From an uncultured delta proteobacterium (GTDB lineage Bacteria > Desulfobacterota > Binatia > UBA9968), in the NCBI GenBank assembly GCA_963755715.1, contig CAVWLW010000032.1, forward strand, positions 105,991-169,990: 64,000 nt of DNA. Reading direction: 5' to 3'. A program made the translations under genes and the position numbers. Shown in pieces: positions 1 through 10,454 of the stretch. The notes beneath the pieces were generated by a model. It was not told the DNA's origin, did not search any database, and saw nothing but the letters and a program-made list of their open reading frames with translations. Each line of letters starts with the position of its first letter. Position 1 is the stretch's first letter.

Positions 1-2048
1 TCGACGATAACATCGGGGATCTCGGGAAAGCGCAGAATCGGATAAAGCGCCCAATCGAGACTCGTTACCTTCGCTCGATCGAATTTAACTTCTTCTTTTA
101 GCGCTCGACTGGTCGCTTGGATTACATTGCCTTCGATCTGGTTTCTCAGCCCGTTGGGATTGATAATCAGACCGCAATCATGGGCGATCACGACGCGCTT
201 CACGCGTACTTCGCCGTTTGCGAGATTGACGTCGACATCGGTCACGGCCGCAACATAAGCTTCGGTTCTGTCGTATTGCACAAAAGCAACGCCGCGCCCG
301 CTTTTCACTCCCGTTTGTTGTGACGGCTCCCGGTTGGGCCAGCCGGCACGTTTGGCCACCACTTCCAAAACAGCTTTGGCGCGCGCGTCGTTGAGATGGC
401 GCAAGCGAAACTCGATGGGGTCAATGCCGGCGGCCGTCGCTAGTTCATCGATAAAAGATTCATTCGCGAAGGTATTTTGCGGTGAGCCGAGTCCGCGCAG
501 CGCCGAAGCGCGCAGGGGACTAGAACGAAGCCAGTGGACCACCACCCGGTTGTTCTTGAAATTGTACGTGTGATTGGCGTTGCGATCGGCGCCCGACTGG
601 TTGGGCGTGCCCGATGCGTTGCCGGTGAGCGTGCCGGCAAGCAGACTGCCGGCGCTGCCGTTGGGCCGGCTCGAATGAGTCGGCGTCCAACCCTGGAAGT
701 CCCAGGCGACGACGTTGCCTGCTTGATCCAAGCCGCCGCGCACTTCCATGACCATAGCCGGTCCGAGCGGCTCCCAAACGTGCTCGTCCTGACGCATCCA
801 CTGCACGCGCACGGGTTTACCGACGGCTTGTGAGAGCAGAGCCGCATCCGCGGCGGCGTCATCCGCGCCGTTGTGGCCGTAGCAGCCGGCCGCTTCGATA
901 TAAATGACTCGAACATTGGCCGGAGAAATTCCCAGCAACTGCGCGATCGTCGGGCGCAACTGGTGCGCTCCCTGGGTTGCCGACCAGACGGTCGCCGCAC
1001 CGCTGGTGACTTCGGCGACGGCGCAAGATGGGCCGATGGAAGCGTGCAACTGGTAAGGCCAATGATAAGTCGCCTTGAAAGTCTTGGCCGACCCGCTCAG
1101 AGCGGTTTCCACATCGCCGGACTCCGCTGCCGCTTTATCATTGGCGGGAATTTTTTTCAGGAGATCGAAAAGCTCGGCGCTGGCCGGCAGGCGCTGCTCG
1201 TCTTGCCAAGTGACTTTCAGCTCGCGCGCCGCCCGTATCGCCTGCTCCTCGCGTTGACACACGACGCCAGCGAAGTTTTCTTTCACGACTATTTTTACCA
1301 CACCGGGAATTGTTTTGAGCGATGCTTCGTCGACACTCGTGAGCTTGGCGCCGACGCTGGCCGGATGGATCACTCGGCCGTGCAGCATTCCCGCTAGACG
1401 AAAATTTTGCAGATAAAGATGTTCGCCAGTGACTTTTGCCGGGATGTCAACACGCGCGATCGACTGACCGACAAACTTGTAGTCACGGGGAATTTTTGCT
1501 TTGACCTTGCCGCTTATCGCGCGGTTAAACGCCGTGCCGTTGAGCAAATCGGCGTAAGTGACTTTTTTCTTTGCATCGTCACCGACGCTGATCACGCCTC
1601 GAACGATCCTCAGCGATTCGACCGGCGCATGCAACTGCGTCGCTGCGAGTGATAATAACGTCGCCTTCGCTTCAGCCGCAGCCTGGCGCAGCTGACTGCC
1701 GCCGCGCTTGATGGTCTGGCTGCCGAAGGTGGGCGCCTGATCGACGGTGTTAGCCGTGTCGCCCTGGATCCAAGTGATTTTTTCGAAAGGAAAATCGAGC
1801 TCGTCGGCGACGATTTGACGCAGCGAGGTCGACACACCCGTGCCCAGCTCGACTTTGCCGGTCATCACGGTGATCGTGCCGTCGTTCTGTATGATCAGCC
1901 ATGAGTCGAGTTGGTCAGGCGGCAGTGGCCCACCGGAAGTTCGCAATGCTGGCGTGCCTTGGGCTTCGGTATCGAGCGGAAAACCGAATGCGACGACGAG
2001 TGCACCGGTAACCTTGAGAAATTGTCGGCGGGTGATCTCGAGGTTCAT
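1..2048 (-). CDS. Xanthine dehydrogenase-family molybdopterin-binding subunit (IorB/NicB-like) with Tat signal; runs off the window edge
   Basis: Missing from the ORF track because there is no stop in the window. Manual translation starts MNLEITRRQFLK (twin-Arg), contains TGKVELGTG...QIVADELD and ends ...AHDCGLIINPNGLRNQIEGNVIQATSRALKEEV. Confidence 0.9.
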   Translation of the reverse strand, partial: MNLEITRRQFLKVTGALVVAFGFPLDTEAQGTPALRTSGGPLPPDQLDSWLIIQNDGTITVMTGKVELGTGVSTSLRQIVADELDFPFEKITWIQGDTANTVDQAPTFGSQTIKRGGSQLRQAAAEAKATLLSLAATQLHAPVESLRIVRGVISVGDDAKKKVTYADLLNGTAFNRAISGKVKAKIPRDYKFVGQSIARVDIPAKVTGEHLYLQNFRLAGMLHGRVIHPASVGAKLTSVDEASLKTIPGVVKIVVKENFAGVVCQREEQAIRAARELKVTWQDEQRLPASAELFDLLKKIPANDKAAAESGDVETALSGSAKTFKATYHWPYQLHASIGPSCAVAEVTSGAATVWSATQGAHQLRPTIAQLLGISPANVRVIYIEAAGCYGHNGADDAAADAALLSQAVGKPVRVQWMRQDEHVWEPLGPAMVMEVRGGLDQAGNVVAWDFQGWTPTHSSRPNGSAGSLLAGTLTGNASGTPNQSGADRNANHTYNFKNNRVVVHWLRSSPLRASALRGLGSPQNTFANESFIDELATAAGIDPIEFRLRHLNDARAKAVLEVVAKRAGWPNREPSQQTGVKSGRGVAFVQYDRTEAYVAAVTDVDVNLANGEVRVKRVVIAHDCGLIINPNGLRNQIEGNVIQATSRALKEEVKFDRAKVTSLDWALYPILRFPEIPDVIV

Positions 2049-2095
2049 ATGATTGTTCGTCACTTTCGGCCGAGTTGATTCCCTCCGGTACCCGG

Positions 2096-3079
2096 TCATC
2101 TTCTGGCGCGCTCGGCAAACGACCAATCGTAGACGACTTGCGGTCTGACGGTGATTTTTTCCTTGGCGCGAAAAGTACCGACGGCGATCCATTCTTCGAC
2201 GACGGAGTCGGGCAACGTCAACTCGGGATTATATTGGTCGCGATAGACGGGATAGAATCTTTCCGCCGCGGCGCGGTCGAGCTTGAGCAATTTTTCGAGC
2301 AAACCGACGCCGATTTCGCGCTGGCTCTGTAAAAACAATATGGCCGAGCGTTGGCCGCGCAAAACGCGCACGATCTCATCCGGCTCTTTGTCGATTTTGC
2401 GCTGGGTCGTGCTCAGGCCGACGATGGGTATGCGGACGAATTCCGCCGTCTCCTTGACCGATAAGAGCGTCTTGAAGCCGCGCTGCTCGGCGCGATATTC
2501 GAATGGGCTGTTGACGACAGTCGCATCGACCGAACCGCCGACGAGCGCGGCAAAGCGCGCATCGGGGCTGCCGGCGATCGCTTGCAAGGTGACGTCTTTG
2601 TTCGGATCCAGGCCATTGCGGCTGAGCAGTTGATAAATCGCAAAATCGGCCGAGCTGCCGAAAGTGTTGATCGCGATTCGTTTTCCCTTGAGCGCTTTGA
2701 CGCTGTCGATTTCGGGCCGGGAAATAATCGCGTAACCGCTCGCCTTGGTGGTGACGCCGACGATTTTCACCGGCAAACCGCGCGTCGCCGCGCCGGCGAT
2801 GAACGGTAAAATGGTCACGTAGTCGAGTTCGTTGGCCAGCAGCGCGCTCAGCATCAGATTGGTGCCCTGAAACTGAATGTAGCGGACCCGGAGTCCTTCC
2901 TTTTCAAAAAAGCCACGTTCAGCCGCGATGCGGTCGGGTAGCGCCGTCCAGGCGGAGCCACCGGTCCAACCGATGTTGAGGACTTTGGATTCGGCGGCAA
3001 ATACCGCTGACGTGGCCAAGACGGCTAGGAAGATTGCCGCAACCCTAATGCAGGCGGCATGGCTGAATTTCGCGAGCAT
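2096..3079 (-). CDS. ABC transporter substrate-binding protein, NMT1/SsuA-like
   Basis: Signal peptide; GFFEKEGL, LKGKRIAINTFGS and ALVGGSVDA motifs. Confidence 0.85.
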   Translation of the reverse strand: MLAKFSHAACIRVAAIFLAVLATSAVFAAESKVLNIGWTGGSAWTALPDRIAAERGFFEKEGLRVRYIQFQGTNLMLSALLANELDYVTILPFIAGAATRGLPVKIVGVTTKASGYAIISRPEIDSVKALKGKRIAINTFGSSADFAIYQLLSRNGLDPNKDVTLQAIAGSPDARFAALVGGSVDATVVNSPFEYRAEQRGFKTLLSVKETAEFVRIPIVGLSTTQRKIDKEPDEIVRVLRGQRSAILFLQSQREIGVGLLEKLLKLDRAAAERFYPVYRDQYNPELTLPDSVVEEWIAVGTFRAKEKITVRPQVVYDWSFAERARR

Positions 3080-3096
3080 GGCGAAGGTGTTTGACT

Positions 3097-3834
3097 TTAT
3101 CCAGCCGCGGCTTGCTTCGTGGATACTTCGCCGAGGTGTTGTTTGAAAAAATCCAACGTGCGCGCCCAGGAAGTTGTGTCCGCTTCCGGTCGATAGCCAT
3201 GCCAGCCGCTGCGGTTAAAACCGTGCGGCGCGTCGGCATAGTAGAAAAACTCGTGCGCTTTGCCGAGCTTAGTCAGCTCGGCCCCAAGCCGGCGCATTTC
3301 GTCCGGCGGTGGATTTTTGTCGAGCTCGCCAAAGTGGCCTTGAATCGGGCAGGAGACGTTGGCCGCAAGGGTCGCCGGCGCGGGGCGTTCGCCCCATTGT
3401 TGATAGGTGCCGCCGCCGTAAAAATCCACGGCGGCTTTGAATGAGCCGGTTGCCGCGGCGGCAAGGAAGGCAATGCGCCCGCCCATACAAAAGCCGACGA
3501 TGCCCAGCCTGGACGTATCGGCGTTGGCGCAGCCTTTGAGAAAATTGACCGTGGCGTTGATATCGTTTAGGACATTGATATCGCGCCGGGTATTTTTGAA
3601 GTTGGCGGTTTCCTCGGGCGTTTTCGGTTCGCCCTCGCGATGGTAAAACTGCGGCGCGATGCCGATATAACCGGCCGCCGCGACGCGCCGGGTCATCTCT
3701 TGCGTGAACGCGGCAACGCCGTCCTGGTTCTGCGCGACGATGATGGCCGGAAATGGACCCGGTCCGTCAGGCTGGCTCAAGTAAAGTCCCATCGGGCTGT
3801 GATCGACGGTCACTGTTTCCCAAGAATTTTTCAT
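3097..3834 (-). CDS. Dienelactone hydrolase family protein
   Basis: GFCMGG nucleophile, GELD and APHGF triad motifs; GGAGGA RBS before ATG 3834. Confidence 0.9.
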   Translation of the reverse strand: MKNSWETVTVDHSPMGLYLSQPDGPGPFPAIIVAQNQDGVAAFTQEMTRRVAAAGYIGIAPQFYHREGEPKTPEETANFKNTRRDINVLNDINATVNFLKGCANADTSRLGIVGFCMGGRIAFLAAAATGSFKAAVDFYGGGTYQQWGERPAPATLAANVSCPIQGHFGELDKNPPPDEMRRLGAELTKLGKAHEFFYYADAPHGFNRSGWHGYRPEADTTSWARTLDFFKQHLGEVSTKQAAAG

Positions 3835-3979
3835 AAGCAGTCCTCCGTAAGTACGTCGGTTGGATTGGTCTTTCAATTAGTCCCTCGTTGGATTCGTGTC
3901 AATGGCAAAAGGGGATGAGCGCGCAGTCGATTTTCGACATCGCTTCCTTGGCGCGCGGAACGGTGTTAGATTTGCACGA

Positions 3980-5489
3980 ATGAATTTTTCGAGCCTATAT
4001 TTTCACTTTTCGTGGTCGCGCCGAAACCGTCGTCGCGCCCGGCATTTTTTGGCCGCCGGCATCGCCGCCGCCTTTATCTGCGTCATTTTGGCGCCGCGCT
4101 ATGTTGACGCCGCCCAAAAGAAAACCGCGAACCGGGACAATGCACCAGCGAAGCCGAGTCAAGCCGCAGAGACCGATCGCTCGGCGAAGTCGCCGCATGA
4201 GACAAAATCTTACGAGATCGCCTTCAAAGAATTCAAACTCACAGAACGGCCTGCGCGTGCTTCTCGCCGAAGACCATAGCGCGCCGACCTATTCCATTTG
4301 CGTCACGTACAACGTCGGCTCGCGCGATGAGCGGCCCGGTCGAACGGGGTTCGCCCATTTATTCGAGCATATGTTGTTTCAGGGCTCGGCGAACGTCGGC
4401 AAGGGCGAGCACTTCATTCTGATTCAAAACAACGGCGGCAGCGCCAACGGCACGACCAATATGGACCGCACGAATTATTTCGAGACTCTGCCGGCCAATC
4501 AATTGGAGTTGGGGATTTTTCTCGAGGCCGACCGCATGCGCGCTGCGGCGATCACTCAGGCCAATTTCGATAATCAACGGTTGACCGTGCAGGAAGAGCG
4601 GCGCCAAAGCTACGACAACCGCCCGTACGGAAAAACCTATGAGGCGGTCATCGACCTGGCTTACGACAATTTTGCCTATAAACACTCGACGATCGGCTCT
4701 ATGGACGATCTCAACGCCGCGACGATCGAAGACGCCGAGCTTTTTTTTCGCTCCTATTACGCGCCGAACAACGCGGTGGTCGCGCTGGTCGGCGATTTCA
4801 AGACCGACGTCGCGCTCCGTCTGGTCAAAAAATATTTCGAAAACATTGCGCCGCAAAAAACGCCGAAAGCGCCGGACATGACGGAGCCCGAGCAAAAAGG
4901 CGAACGGCGTAAAGTTATCGAGGACAACTTTGCGCGCACGCCGCGCCTCGATATCGTCTATAAAATCCCCCCCGGAAATACGGCCGATTGGTATGCCCTC
5001 GATGTTCTGGGTTACGTGCTTTCGAACGGCGTGTCATCCCGCCTGTATCAAAAGTTTGTCAAAGAAAAAGAGCTGGCGTTGAGGGTCGAGGCCGACGCCA
5101 ACGAACTGCGCGGCCCGTCGCTGTTTTGGTTCAGTATTATGGCCCGGCCGACGACCGACCTCGGCGCGTTGGAGACCCTATTGTATGACGAGATTGCGCG
5201 GCTGCAAAAGGAGCCGATCGCGGATTGGGAGCTCGCCAAAGTACAAATGCAGCTGCGCCGCCAGCGTGCGCAACAGACTTACAGCAGTCGCTCGCGCGCC
5301 AATTCTCTGGGCCACTTTGCAGTTTTTTATAACGATCCGGGATTGATCAATTCGATCTGGAGCCGTTACGAGCAAATCACCAAAGCCGATCTCCAAAGGG
5401 TCGCGCAGACCTATTTTCGTGAAAGCAATCGCACCGTCGTCACGACCCTGCCGAAGTCGGCGGCCGGAGAGAGCGGTAAAATTCAATGA
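3980..5489 (+). CDS. M16B zinc peptidase, catalytic subunit (one extra base near 4241 splits the frame)
   Basis: HLFEH (HXXEH) motif; a signal-bearing N-terminus (...FKEFKL) joins QNGLRVLL if one A is removed at ~4241. Confidence 0.85.
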
Positions 5490-6991
5490 ATGGGCACGGC
5501 AAAAGCTGGGATATTTGGCTGACGCTCGGCCGCTGCCTGATTGTCGCCGTGACGATCGTCGCGGCGCCGCCATTGCTACCCGGCCAAGAGTCGATCAGCA
5601 CGCCGCCGAGCAAGGTCGAACGCAAAAATAAAGCCCCGGTCTCGCGGGAAATTCTGCGTGTTAAACTGCCGAAGCCGGTCGAGGCCAAGCTCAAAAACGG
5701 CCTGACCGTGCTCATTCTTGAAGATCATCGGGCGCCGTTCGTCAATGTGCAGCTGTACATCGGTGGCGCCGGCGCGCTATTCGAGCCTGCCGATATGGCC
5801 GGCTTGGCCAGCACCACGGCGCACATGCTGCGCGAAGGAAGCCAAACACGGACGAGCATCCAGATCGCTGAGGAGATCGATCGCCTCGGCGCGTCGCTCA
5901 GCGCCGGCGCGTCGTTTGGTTCACCGGACGCGGTGTTGAGCGCGTCGGGGCTGAGCGACAACTTCGATCAATGGTTCAGCGTGGCGACAGATGTCTTGTT
6001 GCACCCGAGTTTTCCCGTCGAGGAGCTGGAGAAAATGAAACAGCGTCAGCGGGTGCAGTTGCGCGAACAGCGCTCGGCGCCGGGCTTTCTGCTGGACGAA
6101 CGGTTTCATCGTGCCGTCTACGGCGAGCATCCGGCGGCGAACGTCGCGCCTACCTTAGCCTCGCTCGATGCGATCAGCCAAGCGGCGCTGATCCAATGGC
6201 ACCGTGAGCGCTATGCGCCGCAGGACGCGATCCTCGGCATCGCCGGCGACGTGCGCGCGAAAAATCTGATTGCTAAGTTGGAAAAACAACTGGCGGGTTG
6301 GAAAAAAACCGAAGTCACAGAGACCTGGCCGCGCAATCCAACCGCCGCCACCGAGCGCAAGGTGTTCTTGGTAGACCGGCCAAATTCAGTGCAAACCACG
6401 CTGGCGCTCGGGAACATCGCCATCGACCGGCTCAATCCGGACTACACGTCGATGGTGGTCATGAATCACGTGATCGGCGGCGGTGCCTCGTCGCGCTTGT
6501 TTCTGAATCTGCGCGAAGAGAAAGGTTACACTTACGGTGTCTACAGCGATTTCAGCGCGCTCAGATATCCGGGGCCCTGGCGCGCCGGCGGCAACCTGCG
6601 TACCGAAGTCACCCAAGGCGCCCTCACGGAATTTTTTAACGAGATTCGCCGCATCCAAGACGAAAAGGTTCCAGCCGCAGAGCTGGAAGCGAGCAAGCGC
6701 TCGATTGTCGCAAGTTTTGCGCTGTCTCTGGAACAACCAGCGCGCGTGCTCGGCTTTGCCATCGCGATCAAACTCTATGGTCTTCCCGCCGATTATTGGG
6801 ATGCTTATCCGGCAAAGATTATGGCGGTGAGCGCTGACGACGTGCAGCGTGTCGCGCGCAAATATTTGAATCCGGATAGCTTGCAAGTTGTCGCCGTCGG
6901 CGACGCCGATAAAATCAAGCCGATCTTGGAACAGTACGGCAAGGTGGAAGTTTTCGACGCCAACGGCGTACCGCTCGGCGCCAAGCCTTGA
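5486..6991 (+). CDS. M16B peptidase non-catalytic partner subunit
   Basis: LKNGLTVL, SRLFLNLREEKGYTY (R/Y pair), no HXXEH; ATGA overlap with the upstream gene. Confidence 0.88.
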   Translation: MNGHGKSWDIWLTLGRCLIVAVTIVAAPPLLPGQESISTPPSKVERKNKAPVSREILRVKLPKPVEAKLKNGLTVLILEDHRAPFVNVQLYIGGAGALFEPADMAGLASTTAHMLREGSQTRTSIQIAEEIDRLGASLSAGASFGSPDAVLSASGLSDNFDQWFSVATDVLLHPSFPVEELEKMKQRQRVQLREQRSAPGFLLDERFHRAVYGEHPAANVAPTLASLDAISQAALIQWHRERYAPQDAILGIAGDVRAKNLIAKLEKQLAGWKKTEVTETWPRNPTAATERKVFLVDRPNSVQTTLALGNIAIDRLNPDYTSMVVMNHVIGGGASSRLFLNLREEKGYTYGVYSDFSALRYPGPWRAGGNLRTEVTQGALTEFFNEIRRIQDEKVPAAELEASKRSIVASFALSLEQPARVLGFAIAIKLYGLPADYWDAYPAKIMAVSADDVQRVARKYLNPDSLQVVAVGDADKIKPILEQYGKVEVFDANGVPLGAKP

Positions 6992-7087
6992 GTGCCGCCA
7001 GACCGTAGCCACACTGCTATCTCTTGTTTCCGATGCCCTTCTGCAAATATACTTCGGGCGCGATCCAATCGAATAACGGAGCCTAAA

Positions 7088-9502
7088 ATGTCGGCTGACG
7101 CGTCTGTTTCTTCTGGAGCATTGACCGGTCTACGAGTCCTCGATCTCACTGGACGAATGGGCGGGTATTGCGGGTTATTGCTTGCCAATCTCGGCGCCGA
7201 AGTGATTCTTGTTGAACCGCCAGGCGGCGACCGGCTGCGCCGCGAAGGACCGTTTAAAGACGACCAGGCCGATCGAGAGCAAAGTTTATCGTTCGCGGCG
7301 TATCATACCAACAAGCGCGGCGTCGTCTTGAACTTGGAGAATGACGACGATCCAACCACCCTGCGAGAGCTTGCGCGCGGCGCCGACGTGTTGCTTGAAG
7401 ATAAGCCGGCAGGTTATCTCGACGGTCGCGGGCTCGGCTATCGAGCGCTTCAATCGATCAATCCCACCCTGGTGTTGACTTCGATCACCGGCTTTGGTCA
7501 AGCCGGGCCCTATCGCGATTTCAAAGCGCCCAATATTGTCGCCTTTGCGATGGGTGGTCTGATGAATCTATGCGGCCACCCGGGCCACGCGCCGCTTATG
7601 GGCCCGTGCGATGTCGCGTACCATTTGGGCTCGGTGCACGCGGCCTTCGGCACGTTGGTCGCGCTCTTTAACCGGCGCGCCACGGGCCGCGGCGCGCATG
7701 TCGATGTATCGTTGCAAGATGTGCTGGCCGCCGATCCGTTTCTCCGTATCATGACGCGTTACAGCGTCAGCGGCGAAGTGCCGCAGCGCACCGGGCACAG
7801 CCAGTCGACCACGGTGGCGGAAACCTATCAATGCCGCGACGGCTATGCGCGCATCTTCGTCAATCAGGCCGATCATTGGAAACGTTTTGTTGACTGGCTC
7901 GGCCGGCCGCCGGAGCTGCTCGATCCAAAATTGGAAAACGTGCAGAACCGGTTCCCCTTGCGCCAAATCATCGACCGGCTGGTCGAGGCGCGCACGCTTA
8001 ATTTCGCAGTGCAAAAATTTTTCGATGAATTCCAGTCGCTGCGCTTGGCCGCCGCGCCGATTAATCCACCGAGCGCTTTTCTCGCCGACGAACAAACGCG
8101 CCACCGCGCATTTGTGACTGAGGTCGAACACCCGCAGTTGGGACGGCATGGTTTTCCCGGCGATCCTTATCATTTTTCCGAGAGCCCCTGGCGGGTCGAG
8201 CGCGCCGCGCCGCTGCTCGGCGCAGATCAGGCGCAAATCGGCGCGGCCTGGGCTCGCCCGTCGTCGTGGTTGACGGAGTGCCGCGACGGCGCGTCAGCAT
8301 CGGCGCCCGGACGAACTCTTTTCGAAGGGATTCGCGTGATCAGCTTTCCCACCGGCATCGTTGGCCCGGCGCTCGCCGGGATGCTTGCCGAACATGGCGC
8401 CGAAGTCATTGCCATCGAAGCGAGCCGGTCCGTGCGCAGCCCGCAGCGCGGCCAGAAATTTCAAATCGCCGCCGATCTGGAAAGCAACCGCGACCGCAAG
8501 CGTATCGTCGTCGACATGAAACATCCTGACGGCGTGGCTCTGGTGAAGCGTTTGATCGCCAAATCCGATGTCGTCGTGGAAAATTTCAGCGCCCGAGTGA
8601 TGGCGAGCTGGGGCATGGACTATGCGCGCCTGAAAGAGGTCCGGCCCGATATCATCATGGCGAGTCTGCAAGCGTTTGGCCAGACCGGCCCGCGCCGTGA
8701 ATACGTGAGCTTTGGGCCGATCCTGATGTCTTATTGCGGCATGGCCTATCTCTGGCGCGATCCGGAAATTGAACGGCCCGGTGCCGCATGTCAAACCGCT
8801 TTTCCAGATTACGTCGCGCCTTCTTACGGCGCCGTTGCCATTCTCGCCGCGTTGCATTTTCGCGCGCGCACGGGCCAAGGTCAGTACATCGATATTTCCC
8901 AGGCGGAAACAGCGGCAGCGATGATTGGGCCGGCCTATTTGGAATATCTCGTTAATGGCCGCGAAGCGCAGCCGTGCGGCAATTTTTCTCCGACCGCCGC
9001 GCCGCATGGCTGCTATCGCTGCAAAGGCGCCGATCAATGGTGCGTCATCGCCATTCAGTCCGAGGACGAGTGGATGCGTTTCTGCGACATCGCCGGTCAT
9101 CGCGAGTGGCTGACCGATCATCGGTTTTCCGAGCCGGCGGCGCGCGTGGCCTATCGCCAGGAGCTCGATTATTGGATCGGTGAGTGGACGGCAAAATATA
9201 CGCCGCACCAGGTGATGATGCTGCTGCAGCGCGAAGGCATCGCCGCGGCAGCGGTGCAAACGGCCGAGGATCTATACCGCGATCCGCACCTGCGCGAGCG
9301 CGGCTTCGCGCGCGAAGTTTTCCATCCGCAAATCGGTTGGGTGACGCGCGCCGGGCCGTCCGTGCGCATGATCGAGCACGGTTTCACGCCGGGCGGCGAG
9401 GCGCACGTCGCCGGCCAGGACAACGAAGCGGTGCTGAGCCAAATCCTCGGCATGTCGCGCGCCGAAATACTTGACCTAAGCGAGCGCCAGGTGCTGCGTT
9501 AG
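7088..9502 (+). CDS. Family III CoA-transferase (CaiB/BaiF), two fused domains
   Basis: Two repeats: LTGLRVLDL...LGAEVILVEPPGGD...GFGQAGP and FEGIRVI...HGAEVIAIE...ENFS...FGQTGP. Confidence 0.9.
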   Translation: MSADASVSSGALTGLRVLDLTGRMGGYCGLLLANLGAEVILVEPPGGDRLRREGPFKDDQADREQSLSFAAYHTNKRGVVLNLENDDDPTTLRELARGADVLLEDKPAGYLDGRGLGYRALQSINPTLVLTSITGFGQAGPYRDFKAPNIVAFAMGGLMNLCGHPGHAPLMGPCDVAYHLGSVHAAFGTLVALFNRRATGRGAHVDVSLQDVLAADPFLRIMTRYSVSGEVPQRTGHSQSTTVAETYQCRDGYARIFVNQADHWKRFVDWLGRPPELLDPKLENVQNRFPLRQIIDRLVEARTLNFAVQKFFDEFQSLRLAAAPINPPSAFLADEQTRHRAFVTEVEHPQLGRHGFPGDPYHFSESPWRVERAAPLLGADQAQIGAAWARPSSWLTECRDGASASAPGRTLFEGIRVISFPTGIVGPALAGMLAEHGAEVIAIEASRSVRSPQRGQKFQIAADLESNRDRKRIVVDMKHPDGVALVKRLIAKSDVVVENFSARVMASWGMDYARLKEVRPDIIMASLQAFGQTGPRREYVSFGPILMSYCGMAYLWRDPEIERPGAACQTAFPDYVAPSYGAVAILAALHFRARTGQGQYIDISQAETAAAMIGPAYLEYLVNGREAQPCGNFSPTAAPHGCYRCKGADQWCVIAIQSEDEWMRFCDIAGHREWLTDHRFSEPAARVAYRQELDYWIGEWTAKYTPHQVMMLLQREGIAAAAVQTAEDLYRDPHLRERGFAREVFHPQIGWVTRAGPSVRMIEHGFTPGGEAHVAGQDNEAVLSQILGMSRAEILDLSERQVLR

Positions 9503-9521
9503 ACGGAGAAAAACCAACTTG

Positions 9522-10172
9522 ATGGCTACGAAGCTGGAACAGCATGCCATACGGAAGCGATCCGGTATCGATCGTGCGATTCGCCAAGCGGAGCGCCAGC
9601 TCGCCGACGCCGATCCGGTCATGAAACGGCTAATCGCCCGACACGGCCGCTGTCCGCTCGCCGAGCGCAACTTCGAGCCGTTTCACATGCTCGCCAACTC
9701 GATCATCAGCCAGCAGCTTTCCACCAGAGCCGCCGCGACCATCAAGCAGCGCGTCGGCGCGCTTGTCGGTGTGCCGTTTCAAACGGATAAAGTTCTTGCC
9801 GTGCCGCAGGAGCTATTACGTAGCGCTGGATTGTCCGCAGCCAAGGCGCGCTACATCCGCGAGCTCGCCGCGCGCGTGTGCGACGGCCGATTGAATTTCA
9901 TTGAGCTCATGGCGTTTGATGACGAGCCGTTGATTGAAAAGCTCATCGAATCGCCCGGCATCGGGCGTTGGACCGCCGAAATGTTTTTGCTCTTCGGTCT
10001 CAAGCGCCTCGACGTGCTCGCCCTTGGCGATGCCGGCTTGCAGCGCGCAGCGCGATTGCTTTACGGTAAAAAACGTAAATCGCTGACTCTGTTGCCGCGT
10101 ATCGCCGAAGCATGGCGGCCTTACCGCTCGATTGCGTCCTGGTATTTGTGGCGCTCGTTGGAAAGTAACTAG
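9522..10172 (+). CDS. alkA: DNA-3-methyladenine glycosylase II (HhH-GPD)
   Basis: SIISQQLS, PGIGRWTAEMFLLF, GDAGL, WRPYRSIASWYLW. Confidence 0.88.
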   Translation: MATKLEQHAIRKRSGIDRAIRQAERQLADADPVMKRLIARHGRCPLAERNFEPFHMLANSIISQQLSTRAAATIKQRVGALVGVPFQTDKVLAVPQELLRSAGLSAAKARYIRELAARVCDGRLNFIELMAFDDEPLIEKLIESPGIGRWTAEMFLLFGLKRLDVLALGDAGLQRAARLLYGKKRKSLTLLPRIAEAWRPYRSIASWYLWRSLESN

Positions 10173-10182
10173 GCGCGATTCA

Positions 10183-10432
10183 ATGATTATTCCTTGGTCA
10201 TGTCATGTTTGCGCAAAGCAGTTTGACAAGTACGCCGGCGGGATTTGCGCCAAGTGTAAGAAATCGACTTGCCTAAAACATCTAAAACTCGTCGGTTACG
10301 TGAAAGATCAGGGCCCGGCGAGGACCGAGCAGATTACTTGTGTCAATTGCGTTAGAGGCTGGGGAAGTATCGACGCAGTTGAGGAGAAGTTCTTTTTCAA
10401 AGATCGCCTGGGTGCGCCGTCTGGGACTATAA
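10183..10432 (+). CDS. Small Cys/His-rich putative zinc-finger protein (probable indel near 10352)
   Basis: CHVC-x11-CAKC-x4-CLKH...CVNC; the alternative frame gives a stop at 10430-10432 that avoids overlap with the convergent gene. Confidence 0.55.
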
Positions 10433-10454
10433 AGCGACTGCCCGCGGCTTTTTG

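Noticed and set aside
4230-4250. Programmed frameshift in the M16 peptidase (and the other split genes)
   Set aside because: No slippery heptamer or stimulatory structure was seen; many similar indels across unrelated genes point to sequencing error.
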